Positions 18,921 through 28,504 of a DNA stretch of 64,000 nucleotides are shown here, in pieces. The stretch spans positions 1,184,001 through 1,248,000 of the forward strand of contig CBDIIB010000005.1 in NCBI GenBank assembly GCA_965279525.1, read 5' to 3'. Source of the stretch: Tagaea sp. Lineage in GTDB: Bacteria; Pseudomonadota; Alphaproteobacteria; CACIAM-22H2. The notes below the pieces were generated by a model, which saw only the letters and a program-made list of their open reading frames with translations, ran no database searches and had not been told where the DNA came from. Position numbers and translations under genes: made by a program. Every line of letters starts with the position of its first letter. The first letter of the stretch is position 1.

Positions 18921-19811
18921 TTAATTCAGTCGTTTTCCTGCGGCCTTCATCTTGTCGCTGACCCTAACCCAACCGCATTCTCGGATCACTTCTTCGTCGA
19001 TGCATTCCTTGCCGCTGTCGATTGCATACATGCTGGCTTTCTCGAGCAGCTTCCAGATGGGAAACAGCAACCCTTCGCCGAGACTGCAGATCAGACTGGA
19101 GAGTCCCGGGTTGGCCAGATTGGACTTCCGTCTGAGCGGGATTTGCTCCTCGAACGAAGCAAGCAGACGCCGAAACTGTACATCCGGATTCCAGCGCGGC
19201 AGTTCGATGACGTCCACGCGGCGTCTGATTTGTTCGTCATAATCAAGGTACTCGAGAACTGTCTCAACCCCGGCCATGACGATCGTAACACCCGTACTTT
19301 CCATCAAGTGCCGCAGCACAGCCAAGTATTGCCGTTTAGCCAAATCTTGGCCTTTGAATCCATCGTGTAGATCGTCAATTACAATCATCTTTATGCCGCC
19401 GCCCGAGAGCACCTTGACCACCTGTGCAAATTTTCGTGCAACATTATCGCTCGCACGATGAGGCGAATTAGTGGCAACAAGCAACGCGGTGTAGAGGCGA
19501 CCTTCACTGGGTTGAGGTGGTTGCTGAATCCGAATGACGGGGAACGATTTATCCGGATGCTTCTCGAGGTATTTTTTGCGCGCGCGCTTCAAGAATTCAT
19601 TAATTGTGTAGGTTTTTCCGTTTCCGGTATGAGCAACTATGGCCAGATGATCTCGTCTTGAACCTTCGCGATCCAAGCTAGTTTGAAGCCGTTTTAGAAT
19701 CTCCTTTGCGCGGTCATAGGGAATCCAAATTTCTTCCGTTTCTATATACAGCTTTCGCTCAGAAGCGCTTAAAGAGGCGATCTTGGCGGTCTTTTCATTG
19801 AGATGAGACAT
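18921..19811 (-). CDS. tnsC: TnsC/TniB AAA+ transposition regulator
   Basis: WIPYDRA, Walker A TGNGKT, Walker B IVIDD, LPRW, PLRRKSNL; directly after tnsB. Confidence 0.9.
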   Translation of the reverse strand: MSHLNEKTAKIASLSASERKLYIETEEIWIPYDRAKEILKRLQTSLDREGSRRDHLAIVAHTGNGKTYTINEFLKRARKKYLEKHPDKSFPVIRIQQPPQPSEGRLYTALLVATNSPHRASDNVARKFAQVVKVLSGGGIKMIVIDDLHDGFKGQDLAKRQYLAVLRHLMESTGVTIVMAGVETVLEYLDYDEQIRRRVDVIELPRWNPDVQFRRLLASFEEQIPLRRKSNLANPGLSSLICSLGEGLLFPIWKLLEKASMYAIDSGKECIDEEVIRECGWVRVSDKMKAAGKRLN

Positions 19812-19813
19812 GG

Positions 19814-21676
19814 CTATTCGTCTTCTTCGTCAAATGGCTTGATCTCGATATCGTCCTGAGGCGGTTGCCGATCGGGAATACTTGGCTTGTTAGGATCATT
19901 CTTGCGTATCTGCAGATCCGGTGGTGACGTCCGCGAAGCTTCCGCTTGCCGCCTGGCGCGCTTTGCATCTCTTGTTTTCTTCGTTTCTTCGACGATAATT
20001 TGCTGCTTCAGGCGAATGTGCGCAATGAGGGCTTCTTCGGTCTTTTTTCCGACCTGCGCCTTGTCTAACGCGTCATAGGCTTCTTTGTAGATGGGATCGC
20101 TAATTCTCGGGTTGGCCGGGTTTGCAAAGCTGATGGGAAAATAGCGCTTTTTCTCCGGATGGAGAAAATAAATGGGCGAATAATCGGTCGGATCTCTTCT
20201 GACAATGAACTTACCATCCTCTCTCGTCGGATTCTTTTGCAATACCCATTTGCTAAGGATCGGATCGGTATACTTCAAAAGATTTAGTCGAATTCCATAC
20301 TTCTGAACGGTGACAAGTTTGAGAGGGAGCAGGCCGATTCGCAGAGCTTCTTTCTCTTCGTATGTAGCGTACATACGCTGGAATCGATCAGAGAAGTAGT
20401 TCTCGTTCTTAACCGCCAAGTCGAAATGCTGTAGCGGCGTCAATCCGCCGTTCAATGGACTATTGTGATATTCAACGCAGATCTTGCTGATCAGGATCTT
20501 CTCCAGAGCGCGTACTGTGAGAACGGCTTTACCTTCACTGTCGTAATTTCCACGCTTTTCGATATTCGCCTTGGTCGTTCCGGGTAACGAGTGGAGTTCA
20601 TCACTAATCAATTTCATGAAGCTTTCGACATGGCCGCCGAATCGAGGTGCTCCGACCGGCCTGAACTTCTGTTGGATGTCGAGTTCTCTCAGACTTTCCG
20701 ATAGAGAGTGCGACCTCAAATCCGAGCCATTGTCCGAGTGAAGAATGTAAGGCGTGCCCCATATCGGCCAAACAGCAACCACACCGATCGACTTCAGATA
20801 CTCGTCCTTCGGCATCATGCATCTGAAGAGACACATACCAACTACGTCGGCCGACGGCTTATTCAAGCCGACCAGCAAGCCAACGCACATTCCCGTGTAG
20901 ACATCGACAGCCGCTGTAATCGTCGCGCGGCCAATCGGCCGATAATAAACTTCATCGACCAGAATTACGTCGGACTCCGTATGATCGATTTGCACGACTT
21001 CGAGAATGCGGGTCGCATCCGGGAAGGTACCCTTGTTAAGTTCGTAAATCGCGTGTGCCTCGGAATATCCGGATCTTTTTCTAACTTTGTTTCTACCTGG
21101 AATAACTGCGACCCGTCGCGTGACCGTTTTGATATTTGGCTTGGGTGCGCCGACCGCATTGCACGCCTCAACGATACTTTTGTAGAGATGCTTTATCGAT
21201 ATCCGCCGGTCTGTCAGATAGTCGGAATTGATTTTTGCAGTGATGACTGCATCAGTTTTAGGATCGAGTCTCCATTTACCCTTTCCCCCTGGCCGCATGG
21301 GTGGCGCGAACGCAAAACTGCTATTCGTCTCGCGCCATCTATTCAGCCTTCGGCGAATGTTTGTTCTATCTAGGCCGACTTCCTTTTCCTTTTCGGCCAT
21401 CAATTTCCCTGGGATACGACGAAGTCTTGCCAGCGGCAAGAGCGCATCCATCAGTTTGACGGTGGCGGCGCGCTGCTTTTCGTTCAGCGTCTCGCTTAAT
21501 GGAAGTGATCTGTCGACGGATTCGAGTGGCGACTTGAGTTTCGTTATTGCAACGATCCTCTTTTCGCCATTGTCGAAATCGACCATTACCTCCGTCGAAC
21601 CGACGCGATAGAGGATTTGGCCGGCCCTTGCGCCGACTTTTACGCGCGTGCCCGCTTCGATCGTGATCCCGGCCAT
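19814..21676 (-). CDS. tnsB: TnsB/TniA Mu-like DDE transposase
   Basis: VQIDHT (D), HSDNG (D), GHVE (E), LPGTT, YHNSP, RDP. ATG 21676 overlaps the tnsA end. Confidence 0.93.
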   Translation of the reverse strand: MAGITIEAGTRVKVGARAGQILYRVGSTEVMVDFDNGEKRIVAITKLKSPLESVDRSLPLSETLNEKQRAATVKLMDALLPLARLRRIPGKLMAEKEKEVGLDRTNIRRRLNRWRETNSSFAFAPPMRPGGKGKWRLDPKTDAVITAKINSDYLTDRRISIKHLYKSIVEACNAVGAPKPNIKTVTRRVAVIPGRNKVRKRSGYSEAHAIYELNKGTFPDATRILEVVQIDHTESDVILVDEVYYRPIGRATITAAVDVYTGMCVGLLVGLNKPSADVVGMCLFRCMMPKDEYLKSIGVVAVWPIWGTPYILHSDNGSDLRSHSLSESLRELDIQQKFRPVGAPRFGGHVESFMKLISDELHSLPGTTKANIEKRGNYDSEGKAVLTVRALEKILISKICVEYHNSPLNGGLTPLQHFDLAVKNENYFSDRFQRMYATYEEKEALRIGLLPLKLVTVQKYGIRLNLLKYTDPILSKWVLQKNPTREDGKFIVRRDPTDYSPIYFLHPEKKRYFPISFANPANPRISDPIYKEAYDALDKAQVGKKTEEALIAHIRLKQQIIVEETKKTRDAKRARRQAEASRTSPPDLQIRKNDPNKPSIPDRQPPQDDIEIKPFDEEDE

Positions 21677-22335
21677 ATTTCCCAATCGTAAATCAGCGAT
21701 TCCGAGGTGAGTTTCTTTTCGACATCCCACACGAGAAATCGATTCAAAAGAATCCAATATAGAGATGCCTTGACGTTCCCTGGCGTCTTCACGGCCTCCC
21801 TGGTCTTGGTCAAGAGTTGGCCGAACGGAATCCCATCTTTCGTTTTTGCAAGCATACACGCCGTCTTGATAACGCCCTCGGGTATCTCCGCGTGGGCGTG
21901 TGGTAGAAGCAGCTTTGCATTTTCGAGCTTCGGGATTCGTATTTCATCCTCAGTCACAATTTCATGCGTGACACCGAACTTACGGCAGTGATTGGAAACC
22001 GCCTTGAATCGCGCAGCAAAAGTCGGATCTGCCATATCGGCGTCCTCCTTCCGACGGACCTCGTAAACGACAGCCTTGATCTCGCGGTTGTCGATCGGCC
22101 CCTGAAGCCTCGAGACGATGAAATCGGGGGTGCAATTATACGTTCGCCCTGACGGGTGTTTGTAATGCAGCGTGAAAGGCTGGCTGCGAATATCCAGAGT
22201 CAAGGGATCGAATTTTGTCAGCAGCACGAAATCCTGCTCAAGCGGCCCTTCTACCTCAATGGATTCATTTGCGAATCCAGGAATACGAGCGGTCGGCTGA
22301 AGGCGTCCGACAGGAACTTTGCGGCGAGGGATCAT
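21640..22335 (-). CDS. tnsA: TnsA-like endonuclease
   Basis: E-x2-LE-x-D, FDP, QP, TPDF, YEV, VTEDEIR; first gene of a tnsABC operon. Confidence 0.85.
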   Translation of the reverse strand: MIPRRKVPVGRLQPTARIPGFANESIEVEGPLEQDFVLLTKFDPLTLDIRSQPFTLHYKHPSGRTYNCTPDFIVSRLQGPIDNREIKAVVYEVRRKEDADMADPTFAARFKAVSNHCRKFGVTHEIVTEDEIRIPKLENAKLLLPHAHAEIPEGVIKTACMLAKTKDGIPFGQLLTKTREAVKTPGNVKASLYWILLNRFLVWDVEKKLTSESLIYDWEIWPGSRSKRARA

Positions 22336-22472
22336 GGGTTTTCCTAACTCGTGCGTTATCTTGAGGGTATTTTCTATCTAGTGCAATGACTATTGGTTTC
22401 AAAATGCGATTTCTCAGTCATTTCGTATGCCGTAGCGGCGTAAATCTCGGGCGAATACTTTGGGAGTTTCCA

Positions 22473-23156
22473 GGCGGCCCGCGCGCCAAACCCGGCGAGG
22501 TCAGCCTCGCGCATCTGGGCGTGCTGTTCCTCGACGAGCTGCCGGAGTTTCCGCGCGCGGCCCTCGAAGCGCTGCGCCAGCCGCTGGAAACGGGCCGCGC
22601 CATCGTCGCGCGCGCACAGGCGCATGTCGCCTATCCGGCGCGCGTGCAGCTCGTCGCGGCGATGAACCCGTGCCGCTGCGGCCATCTCGACGATCCGGTG
22701 CAGGCCTGCGGGCGCGCCCCCAAATGTGCTTCGGAGTACCAGTCGCGCATCTCCGGCCCGCTGTTCGACCGCATCGACCTGCATGTCGACGTGCCCCCGG
22801 TGCATGCGCGCGACCTGTCGCTGCCGCCGCCGGCCGAGGGGACGGCCGAAGTCGCCGACCGCGTGGCCGAAGCGCGCAACCGCCAGCATGAACGTTTCGC
22901 GTCGCTGCCGGCCGGGAACCGCCCGCGCTCCAACGCCGAACTCGACGGCCGCGCGCTCGAGGAACTTGCCGCCCCCGAGCCCGCCGGACGGCGCCTGCTC
23001 GACGAGGCGGCCGAGCGCATGCGCCTGTCGGCGCGCGGCTACCACCGCGTGATGCGCGTCGCGCGCACGCTCGCCGACCTCGATGCCGCCCGCACCCCGT
23101 CGCGCACCCACGTGGCCGAGGCGCTGGGCTACCGGCGGGTGCGATTCGCAAATTGA
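22473..23156 (+). pseudogene. comM: 3' fragment of comM (YifB/Mg-chelatase-like ATPase) disrupted by the transposon
   Basis: Starts abruptly at GGPRAKPGEVSLAHLGVLFLDELPEF, with AAMNPCRCG, ISGPLFDRID and LSARGYHRVMRVARTLADL. The N-terminal half and Walker A are missing. Confidence 0.92.
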
Positions 23157-23249
23157 AATTAAATAGTTAAGCGACCCGGCCCCGGGTGCCGGAAAGCTTG
23201 TCCGACGCGACTCCCGCCATATACAATTCTTGTGTGTGATGGAGGTTTT

Positions 23250-23552
23250 ATGGGGGGCGATTCGGCAATCGACCGGTTGGAGCTTCCCGCGACCGGCGAA
23301 TTGGCCGCGCTCGGCAGCCTGAAGACGGTCCTGCTCGACAGGCTGGCAGCCGGCCAAGCCGTCCATCTCGACGCGCGCCATGTCCACGAGCCGTCGACCG
23401 CCCTCGTCCAGCTCGTCGAATCCGCCGCCGTCGCGTTCGGGGCGCGCGAGCTTGCCTTCGGTCTCGTCGAGCCGTCCGACGCGCTTTGTTCGGCCTACGA
23501 GGATCTCGGGCTGTTCGGCTCGCTGATGTCGCGCATCGCGGTCGCGGGTTAG
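23250..23552 (+). CDS. STAS-domain protein of chemotaxis operon
   Basis: About 100 aa, LDARHV...STALVQL, GGAGG RBS, precedes cheA. Confidence 0.7.
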   Translation: MGGDSAIDRLELPATGELAALGSLKTVLLDRLAAGQAVHLDARHVHEPSTALVQLVESAAVAFGARELAFGLVEPSDALCSAYEDLGLFGSLMSRIAVAG

Positions 23553-23559
23553 CGGCGCG

Positions 23560-25623
23560 ATGAGCTCGGAAGAAGAAGATCTCCAGCGCATCTTTTTCCT
23601 CGAATGCGAGGAGCTGGTCGCCAGTGCCGAACAGAGCGTCGAGACGCTGCGCGCCGGCGGGGCGCCCGACGACGCGATCAACGCGCTGTTCCGCGCGGTC
23701 CATTCGATCAAGGGCGGGGCCGGCGCCTTCGGCCTCGACCGGCTGGCGAAGTTCGCGCACGCGTTCGAATCCTTCATGGACCTGCTGCGCAAGGGCAAGG
23801 CCACGCTCGACGCCGCCGCCATCGACCTGCTGTTCGACGGCGTGGACGTGCTGCGCATGCTGGTCGACGAGGCCCAGCACGGCACGCCGGCCCCACCCCA
23901 GCGTTACGACGCGGCCTTCACGGCCCTGCGCAAGGCGGCCGGGCTCGAAGCCGCACCAGGCGAAGCGGAACCCGAACCCGCCGCCGCCGATCCGACCGCC
24001 GGGATCGTGTTCGACGAACTGCCGGCCGCACCGCAGCGCCAATACCGCATCGTCCTTGCACCCGGCCCGCGCATGATGCTGGCCGGCGTCGATCCGCTGC
24101 GCGTCATCGCCAATCTGAAAGCACTCGGCAGCGTGTCGGTCGAGATCGACGCGTCCGGCCTGCCGGCCCTCGAAGCGCTCGATCCGGCCGTGTGCCATTT
24201 CCGCTGGACCGTGAATCTCGAATCGTCCGCACCGCGCGCCGACATCGACGAAATCGTCGAGATGATCGACGACCTGGCCGATGTCGCGATCGAGGACCTC
24301 ACGCCACCCGAACCCGAAGCGGTACCCGAGCCCGTCGTGGCGGCGGCGGCGGTGGCAGCGACGGCGGCAGCACCGGCAGCGGAACCTGCGGCACAAGCAC
24401 CCGACGCGCGGCGCGAGAAGCCGGTCGCCACGGTGCGCGTCGACGTGCCCAAGCTCGAACGGCTGGGCAACATGGTGGGCGAGCTCATCATCACGCAGGC
24501 TTTCCTCGCGCGCCAGGCAAGCGACCTCGACACCGAGAAGCACCGCCGCCTGTTCCGCGCCCTCGACGAGATGTCGCAGCACATCCGCGATCTGGCCGAC
24601 GCCGCGACGTCGATCCGCGCGCAGCCGCTGAAGGTCGTGTTCTCGCGTTTCGGGGCGCTGGTGCGCGATCTGGAGAAATCCACCGGCAAGCGCATCCGGC
24701 TCGAGGTCTCGGGCGAAGGCACGGAGATCGACAAGACCGTCGTCGAGCGGCTGAGCGAACCGCTCACGCACCTGATCCGCAACTCGATCGATCACGGGAT
24801 CGAGTCTGCCGAAAAGCGCCTCGCCGCCGGCAAGGACCCGGTCGGGCTCCTGAAGCTCAGCGCCGAACAGCGCGGCACGCACGTGGCCATCGAGCTTTCC
24901 GACGACGGGGCCGGCGTCAACCGGCCGCGCGTGCTCGCCAAGGCGATCGAGCGCGGGCTTGTCGCACAAGGGGCCGCCTTGAGCGACCAGGAGATCGACG
25001 ACCTGCTGTTCGTGCCCGGCTTTTCCACCGCCGAGGCGGTCACGTCGGTCTCCGGGCGCGGCGTGGGCATGGATGCCGTGCGCGCGACCATCGCCGAGAT
25101 GGGCGGGCAGGTCGGGCTCGTGTCGCGCACCGGTCTTGGCACCACCTTCTCGCTCCACCTGCCGCTGTCGCTGGCCATCCTCGACGCGATGGTGACGCTC
25201 GTGGGGCTGCACAGCTACCTGATCCCGACCAGCGCCATCATCGAGAGCCTGCGCCCGCAGGCCGCGGCCCTCGTGCGCATGGACGGGCAGAACACGCTGC
25301 TCGCCTGGCGCGGCTCGATGCTGCGCATCCTGTCGCTGGGCACGGAATTCTCGGTGCCGGGTGCCGTGGAGGATCCCACGCGCGGCATCCTCGTCATCGT
25401 CAAGCCGGCGGGCGGCGAGCTGCTCGCATTGCAGGTCGACGACCTGATCGGCCAGGAGCCGGTCGTGGTGAAGAGCCTGGAGCGCAACTACCGCAAGGTC
25501 CGCGGCATTTCCGGCGCCACGATCCTTGGCGACGGGCGGCCGGCACTGATCCTCGATCTTCCGGCCCTGGGTGCGGTGATGGCGCGGCGGCCCCGGGCCG
25601 AAGCCGGCGCGAACGCGGGATGA
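23560..25623 (+). CDS. cheA: Chemotaxis histidine kinase CheA
   Basis: Hpt FRAVHSIKG, HLIRNSIDHG, DDGAG, GFSTA, SGRGVGMD, C-terminal CheW domain. Confidence 0.97.
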   Translation: MSSEEEDLQRIFFLECEELVASAEQSVETLRAGGAPDDAINALFRAVHSIKGGAGAFGLDRLAKFAHAFESFMDLLRKGKATLDAAAIDLLFDGVDVLRMLVDEAQHGTPAPPQRYDAAFTALRKAAGLEAAPGEAEPEPAAADPTAGIVFDELPAAPQRQYRIVLAPGPRMMLAGVDPLRVIANLKALGSVSVEIDASGLPALEALDPAVCHFRWTVNLESSAPRADIDEIVEMIDDLADVAIEDLTPPEPEAVPEPVVAAAAVAATAAAPAAEPAAQAPDARREKPVATVRVDVPKLERLGNMVGELIITQAFLARQASDLDTEKHRRLFRALDEMSQHIRDLADAATSIRAQPLKVVFSRFGALVRDLEKSTGKRIRLEVSGEGTEIDKTVVERLSEPLTHLIRNSIDHGIESAEKRLAAGKDPVGLLKLSAEQRGTHVAIELSDDGAGVNRPRVLAKAIERGLVAQGAALSDQEIDDLLFVPGFSTAEAVTSVSGRGVGMDAVRATIAEMGGQVGLVSRTGLGTTFSLHLPLSLAILDAMVTLVGLHSYLIPTSAIIESLRPQAAALVRMDGQNTLLAWRGSMLRILSLGTEFSVPGAVEDPTRGILVIVKPAGGELLALQVDDLIGQEPVVVKSLERNYRKVRGISGATILGDGRPALILDLPALGAVMARRPRAEAGANAG

Positions 25624-26138
25624 AAAAAATGGAGCCGATGGAAACCGATCGCCAGAAGCAGGCCGGCAGCGAGGGCCCCGAATCGCAGTTCGTCACGTTC
25701 GAGATCGGCGCGCACACGTTCCTGATCCCGATCGAACGCGTCGTCGAGTTCCGCACGTGGACCGAGCCCACGTCGGTGCCGCACACGCCGGCTTACGTGC
25801 GCGGCATCGTCAACATCCGCGGCGAGATCGTGCCCGTCTACGACGTGGCCGCCCGCCTCGGGCGCGGGATGACCGAGCCGGGGGCACGCCATGTCGTCGT
25901 GATCGTGCGCGGCGAGGATTCCCGCTCGGTCGGGCTGCTCGTCGATTCGGTGACCGACATCGTCAACGCGCGGCCCGACAACATGGCGCCGATGCCCAAG
26001 ATCGAGGGCGGCGACGCCACGCCGTTCATGTCGGGCGTCGTCTTCGCCGAGGAACGCATCCTGGGCGTGACCGACGTCGACCGGCTGGTGACGGAAGCGT
26101 TTCCGGACGGCGTCGAGCCGGCGGGGCCACTTGCATGA
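25620..26138 (+). CDS. cheW: CheW
   Basis: QFVTF, VPHTPAYVRGIVNIRGEIVPV, GLLVDSV. Confidence 0.95.
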   Translation: MKKMEPMETDRQKQAGSEGPESQFVTFEIGAHTFLIPIERVVEFRTWTEPTSVPHTPAYVRGIVNIRGEIVPVYDVAARLGRGMTEPGARHVVVIVRGEDSRSVGLLVDSVTDIVNARPDNMAPMPKIEGGDATPFMSGVVFAEERILGVTDVDRLVTEAFPDGVEPAGPLA

Positions 26139-26151
26139 CGGAACGGGCTGC

Positions 26152-27003
26152 ATGACCGAACCGGCACTTCGCGACATCGCCGCCGCATCGACGGCGGCCG
26201 GCCCCGCCTTCGAGGCCCGCGACATGCGGTTCTTCGCCGACGGCGTGCGCCAGCGCATCGGCGTCGTGCTGCCCGACGCGAAGGCGGCACTGGTGTTCAG
26301 GCGGCTGGCACCGCGCGTGCGCGAGCTGGGGTTCGACACGTTCGCGCGCTACCGCGAGCATCTTGCCGATCCGCACGACGCCGAGTGGGAACGCGTCGTG
26401 GCGCTGCTGACGACCAACCATTCGCGCTTCTTCCGCGAGATCCACCATTTCAAGCTGCTGTCGCGCCATCTGGAAGAGGCGTTCGGGCGCGGCGTCAAGC
26501 GCATGCGCCTGTGGTCGGCCGCGTGCGCCGCCGGCCAGGAACCCTATTCGATGGCGATGCTGGTGGCGCACCTCAAGCAGGGGCGGCCCGAGATCGACGC
26601 GCGCGTGCTGGCAACCGACGTGGACCGCACGGTGCTGGAAGCCGCATCGGTCGGCCGCTATGCGCCCGAAGACGTCGGCCATCTGCCGCGCTTCGCCAGG
26701 CCCTACATGACGCAGGAGGCCGACGGCACGTCGACCGTGACCGGGCTTCCGCGCGATCTCGTGCGCTTCCGCTACCACAACCTGATCGGCGGCGAATGGC
26801 CGATGCGCGGCCCCTTCGACGCGATCTTCTGCCGCAACGTGCTGATCTATCTGGCACCGGACGACCAGACGAAAATCATCAAGCGGCTTGCGCGCCTGCT
26901 GAAGGTCGGGGGCATCCTGTGCCTCGGCCATTCGGAAATCGCGCGCACCGAGGACATGCCCATCAAGCGGATAGAGGTTTCGAGCAGTTATGTCAGGATC
27001 TGA
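26152..27003 (+). CDS. cheR: CheR methyltransferase
   Basis: TTNHSRFFRE, WSAAC-x2-GQEPYS, IFCRNVLIY, GHSE. Confidence 0.95.
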   Translation: MTEPALRDIAAASTAAGPAFEARDMRFFADGVRQRIGVVLPDAKAALVFRRLAPRVRELGFDTFARYREHLADPHDAEWERVVALLTTNHSRFFREIHHFKLLSRHLEEAFGRGVKRMRLWSAACAAGQEPYSMAMLVAHLKQGRPEIDARVLATDVDRTVLEAASVGRYAPEDVGHLPRFARPYMTQEADGTSTVTGLPRDLVRFRYHNLIGGEWPMRGPFDAIFCRNVLIYLAPDDQTKIIKRLARLLKVGGILCLGHSEIARTEDMPIKRIEVSSSYVRI

Positions 27004-28081
27004 GTCCCCGGCCACCGGACGTCGGCCGGCACGCGTCCTCATCATCGACGATTCGGCACTCGTGCGCGAGATGCTGACGGGCATCCTTTCGGCCGACCCC
27101 GATCTCGAGGTCGTGGGCACGGCACCCGACCCGATCATCGCGCGCGACAAGATCAAGCTTCTCAATCCCGACGTGCTGACGCTCGACGTGGAGATGCCGC
27201 GAATGAACGGCATCGAGTTCCTCGAACGGCTGATGCGCATGCGCCCGATGCCGGTCGTGATGATCTCGACGCTGACCCAGGACGGGGCCGACACCACGCT
27301 GCGCGCGCTGGAGCTGGGTGCGGTCGACTATGTCGCCAAGCCCACGCAGCGCCTGAGCGAATCCTTCGACCAGCTGAAGCTCGAGATCTGCACGAAGGTG
27401 AAGACGGCCGCGGCCGCGCGCGTGCGCGGCATGCCGTCGGCACGGCCGGCTTCCGCACCCGCCGCAGCCGTCGCCGGCGAGCCGACGCGCTTCGGCCATC
27501 TCGACGTCGTCGCGATCGGCGCATCCACCGGCGGGGTCGAGGCGATCGGCGAGATCCTCGCGGCCGTACCGACCGATGCACCGGGCATCGTCGTCGTCCA
27601 GCATCTGCCGGCGAACTTCACCGGCCGGTTCGCCGCCCGCCTCGACGCCACGCTGGCGCTGAAGGTGGTCGAGGCGGCCGACGGTGCCGCGATCCTGCCG
27701 GGTAGCGTGCATGTCGGGCGCGGCGGCCAGCATCTTGAGGTCGCGCGCGATGCCGCCGGCCGGCCGGTGTGCCGGCTGGTCGACGGTCCGGCGGAATCCG
27801 GGCACCTGCCGTCGATCGACCGGCTGTTCCGTTCGCTCGCCCCCTTCGGCCGGCGCGCGGCGGGCATCATCCTCACCGGCATGGGGCGCGACGGCGTGCT
27901 CGGCCTCAAGGCCATGCGCGACGCCGGCGCCCTCACCATCGCGCAGGACGCCGCCACGTCGGTCGTCTACGGCATGCCGCGCGCGGCCGCCGAAGCCGGT
28001 GCTGCCCGGCTCGAACTTCCGCTGTCGCGCATCGCCGCGGCGATGCTTGAACCCGCCACAACCCCGGACGGAGTTAACTGA
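26990..28081 (+). CDS. cheB: CheB methylesterase
   Basis: REC domain plus GASTGG, QH, LTGMGRDG, VVYGMP. Confidence 0.97.
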   Translation: MSGSESPATGRRPARVLIIDDSALVREMLTGILSADPDLEVVGTAPDPIIARDKIKLLNPDVLTLDVEMPRMNGIEFLERLMRMRPMPVVMISTLTQDGADTTLRALELGAVDYVAKPTQRLSESFDQLKLEICTKVKTAAAARVRGMPSARPASAPAAAVAGEPTRFGHLDVVAIGASTGGVEAIGEILAAVPTDAPGIVVVQHLPANFTGRFAARLDATLALKVVEAADGAAILPGSVHVGRGGQHLEVARDAAGRPVCRLVDGPAESGHLPSIDRLFRSLAPFGRRAAGIILTGMGRDGVLGLKAMRDAGALTIAQDAATSVVYGMPRAAAEAGAARLELPLSRIAAAMLEPATTPDGVN

Positions 28082-28083
28082 AC

Positions 28084-28473
28084 ATGCCTGCCGCAAGATC
28101 GCTACGCGTCCTCGTCGTCGACGACCAGCCCAGCATGCGCGGCCTCGTGCGCAGCTACCTGCGCAAGCTGGGATTCGAATCGATCGACGAAGCCCCGAGC
28201 GGAACCGACGCGCTCAAGGAACTGGCGATGCGCCCCTACAACCTCGTCATCTCCGACTTCAACATGGACAACGGGTCCGGGCTCGACCTGCTCAAGAACA
28301 TGCGCATGCACCCGGTCCTCAAGCGCGTGCCCGTGATCATGGTTACCGGCAACGCCGACAAGGAGACGGTCACGTCGGTGCTGCAGGCCGGCGTCAACGG
28401 CTACGTGGTCAAGCCCGTCTCGCTCGAAGCGCTCAAGCAGCGCGTCGTCCACGTCCTCGGCCAGCTCACCTGA
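28084..28473 (+). CDS. cheY: CheY-like single-domain response regulator
   Basis: LVVDD, ISDFNM, MVT, YVVKP. Confidence 0.88.
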   Translation: MPAARSLRVLVVDDQPSMRGLVRSYLRKLGFESIDEAPSGTDALKELAMRPYNLVISDFNMDNGSGLDLLKNMRMHPVLKRVPVIMVTGNADKETVTSVLQAGVNGYVVKPVSLEALKQRVVHVLGQLT

Positions 28474-28504
28474 TCCGCATGCACTCCCACGAAGGCGATC
28501 GCAG

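Larger units (their letters stand above)
1..22472 (-). mobile_element. Tn7/Tn6022-like transposon inserted in comM; left boundary not seen in the window
   Basis: tnsABC plus tniQ; sharp compositional switch at 22472/22473; terminal CA abuts the comM 3' fragment; no comM 5' part in the window. Including 1-9874 is inference. Confidence 0.75.

Noticed and set aside
21677-21859. 61-aa N-terminal extension of TnsB in the ORF track
   Set aside because: Lies wholly inside tnsA; ATG 21676 gives the usual short tnsA/tnsB overlap.
23159-23170. TTAA-ATAG-TTAA upstream of the che operon as a CtrA box
   Set aside because: The spacer is 4 nt, not the 7 nt of the consensus.
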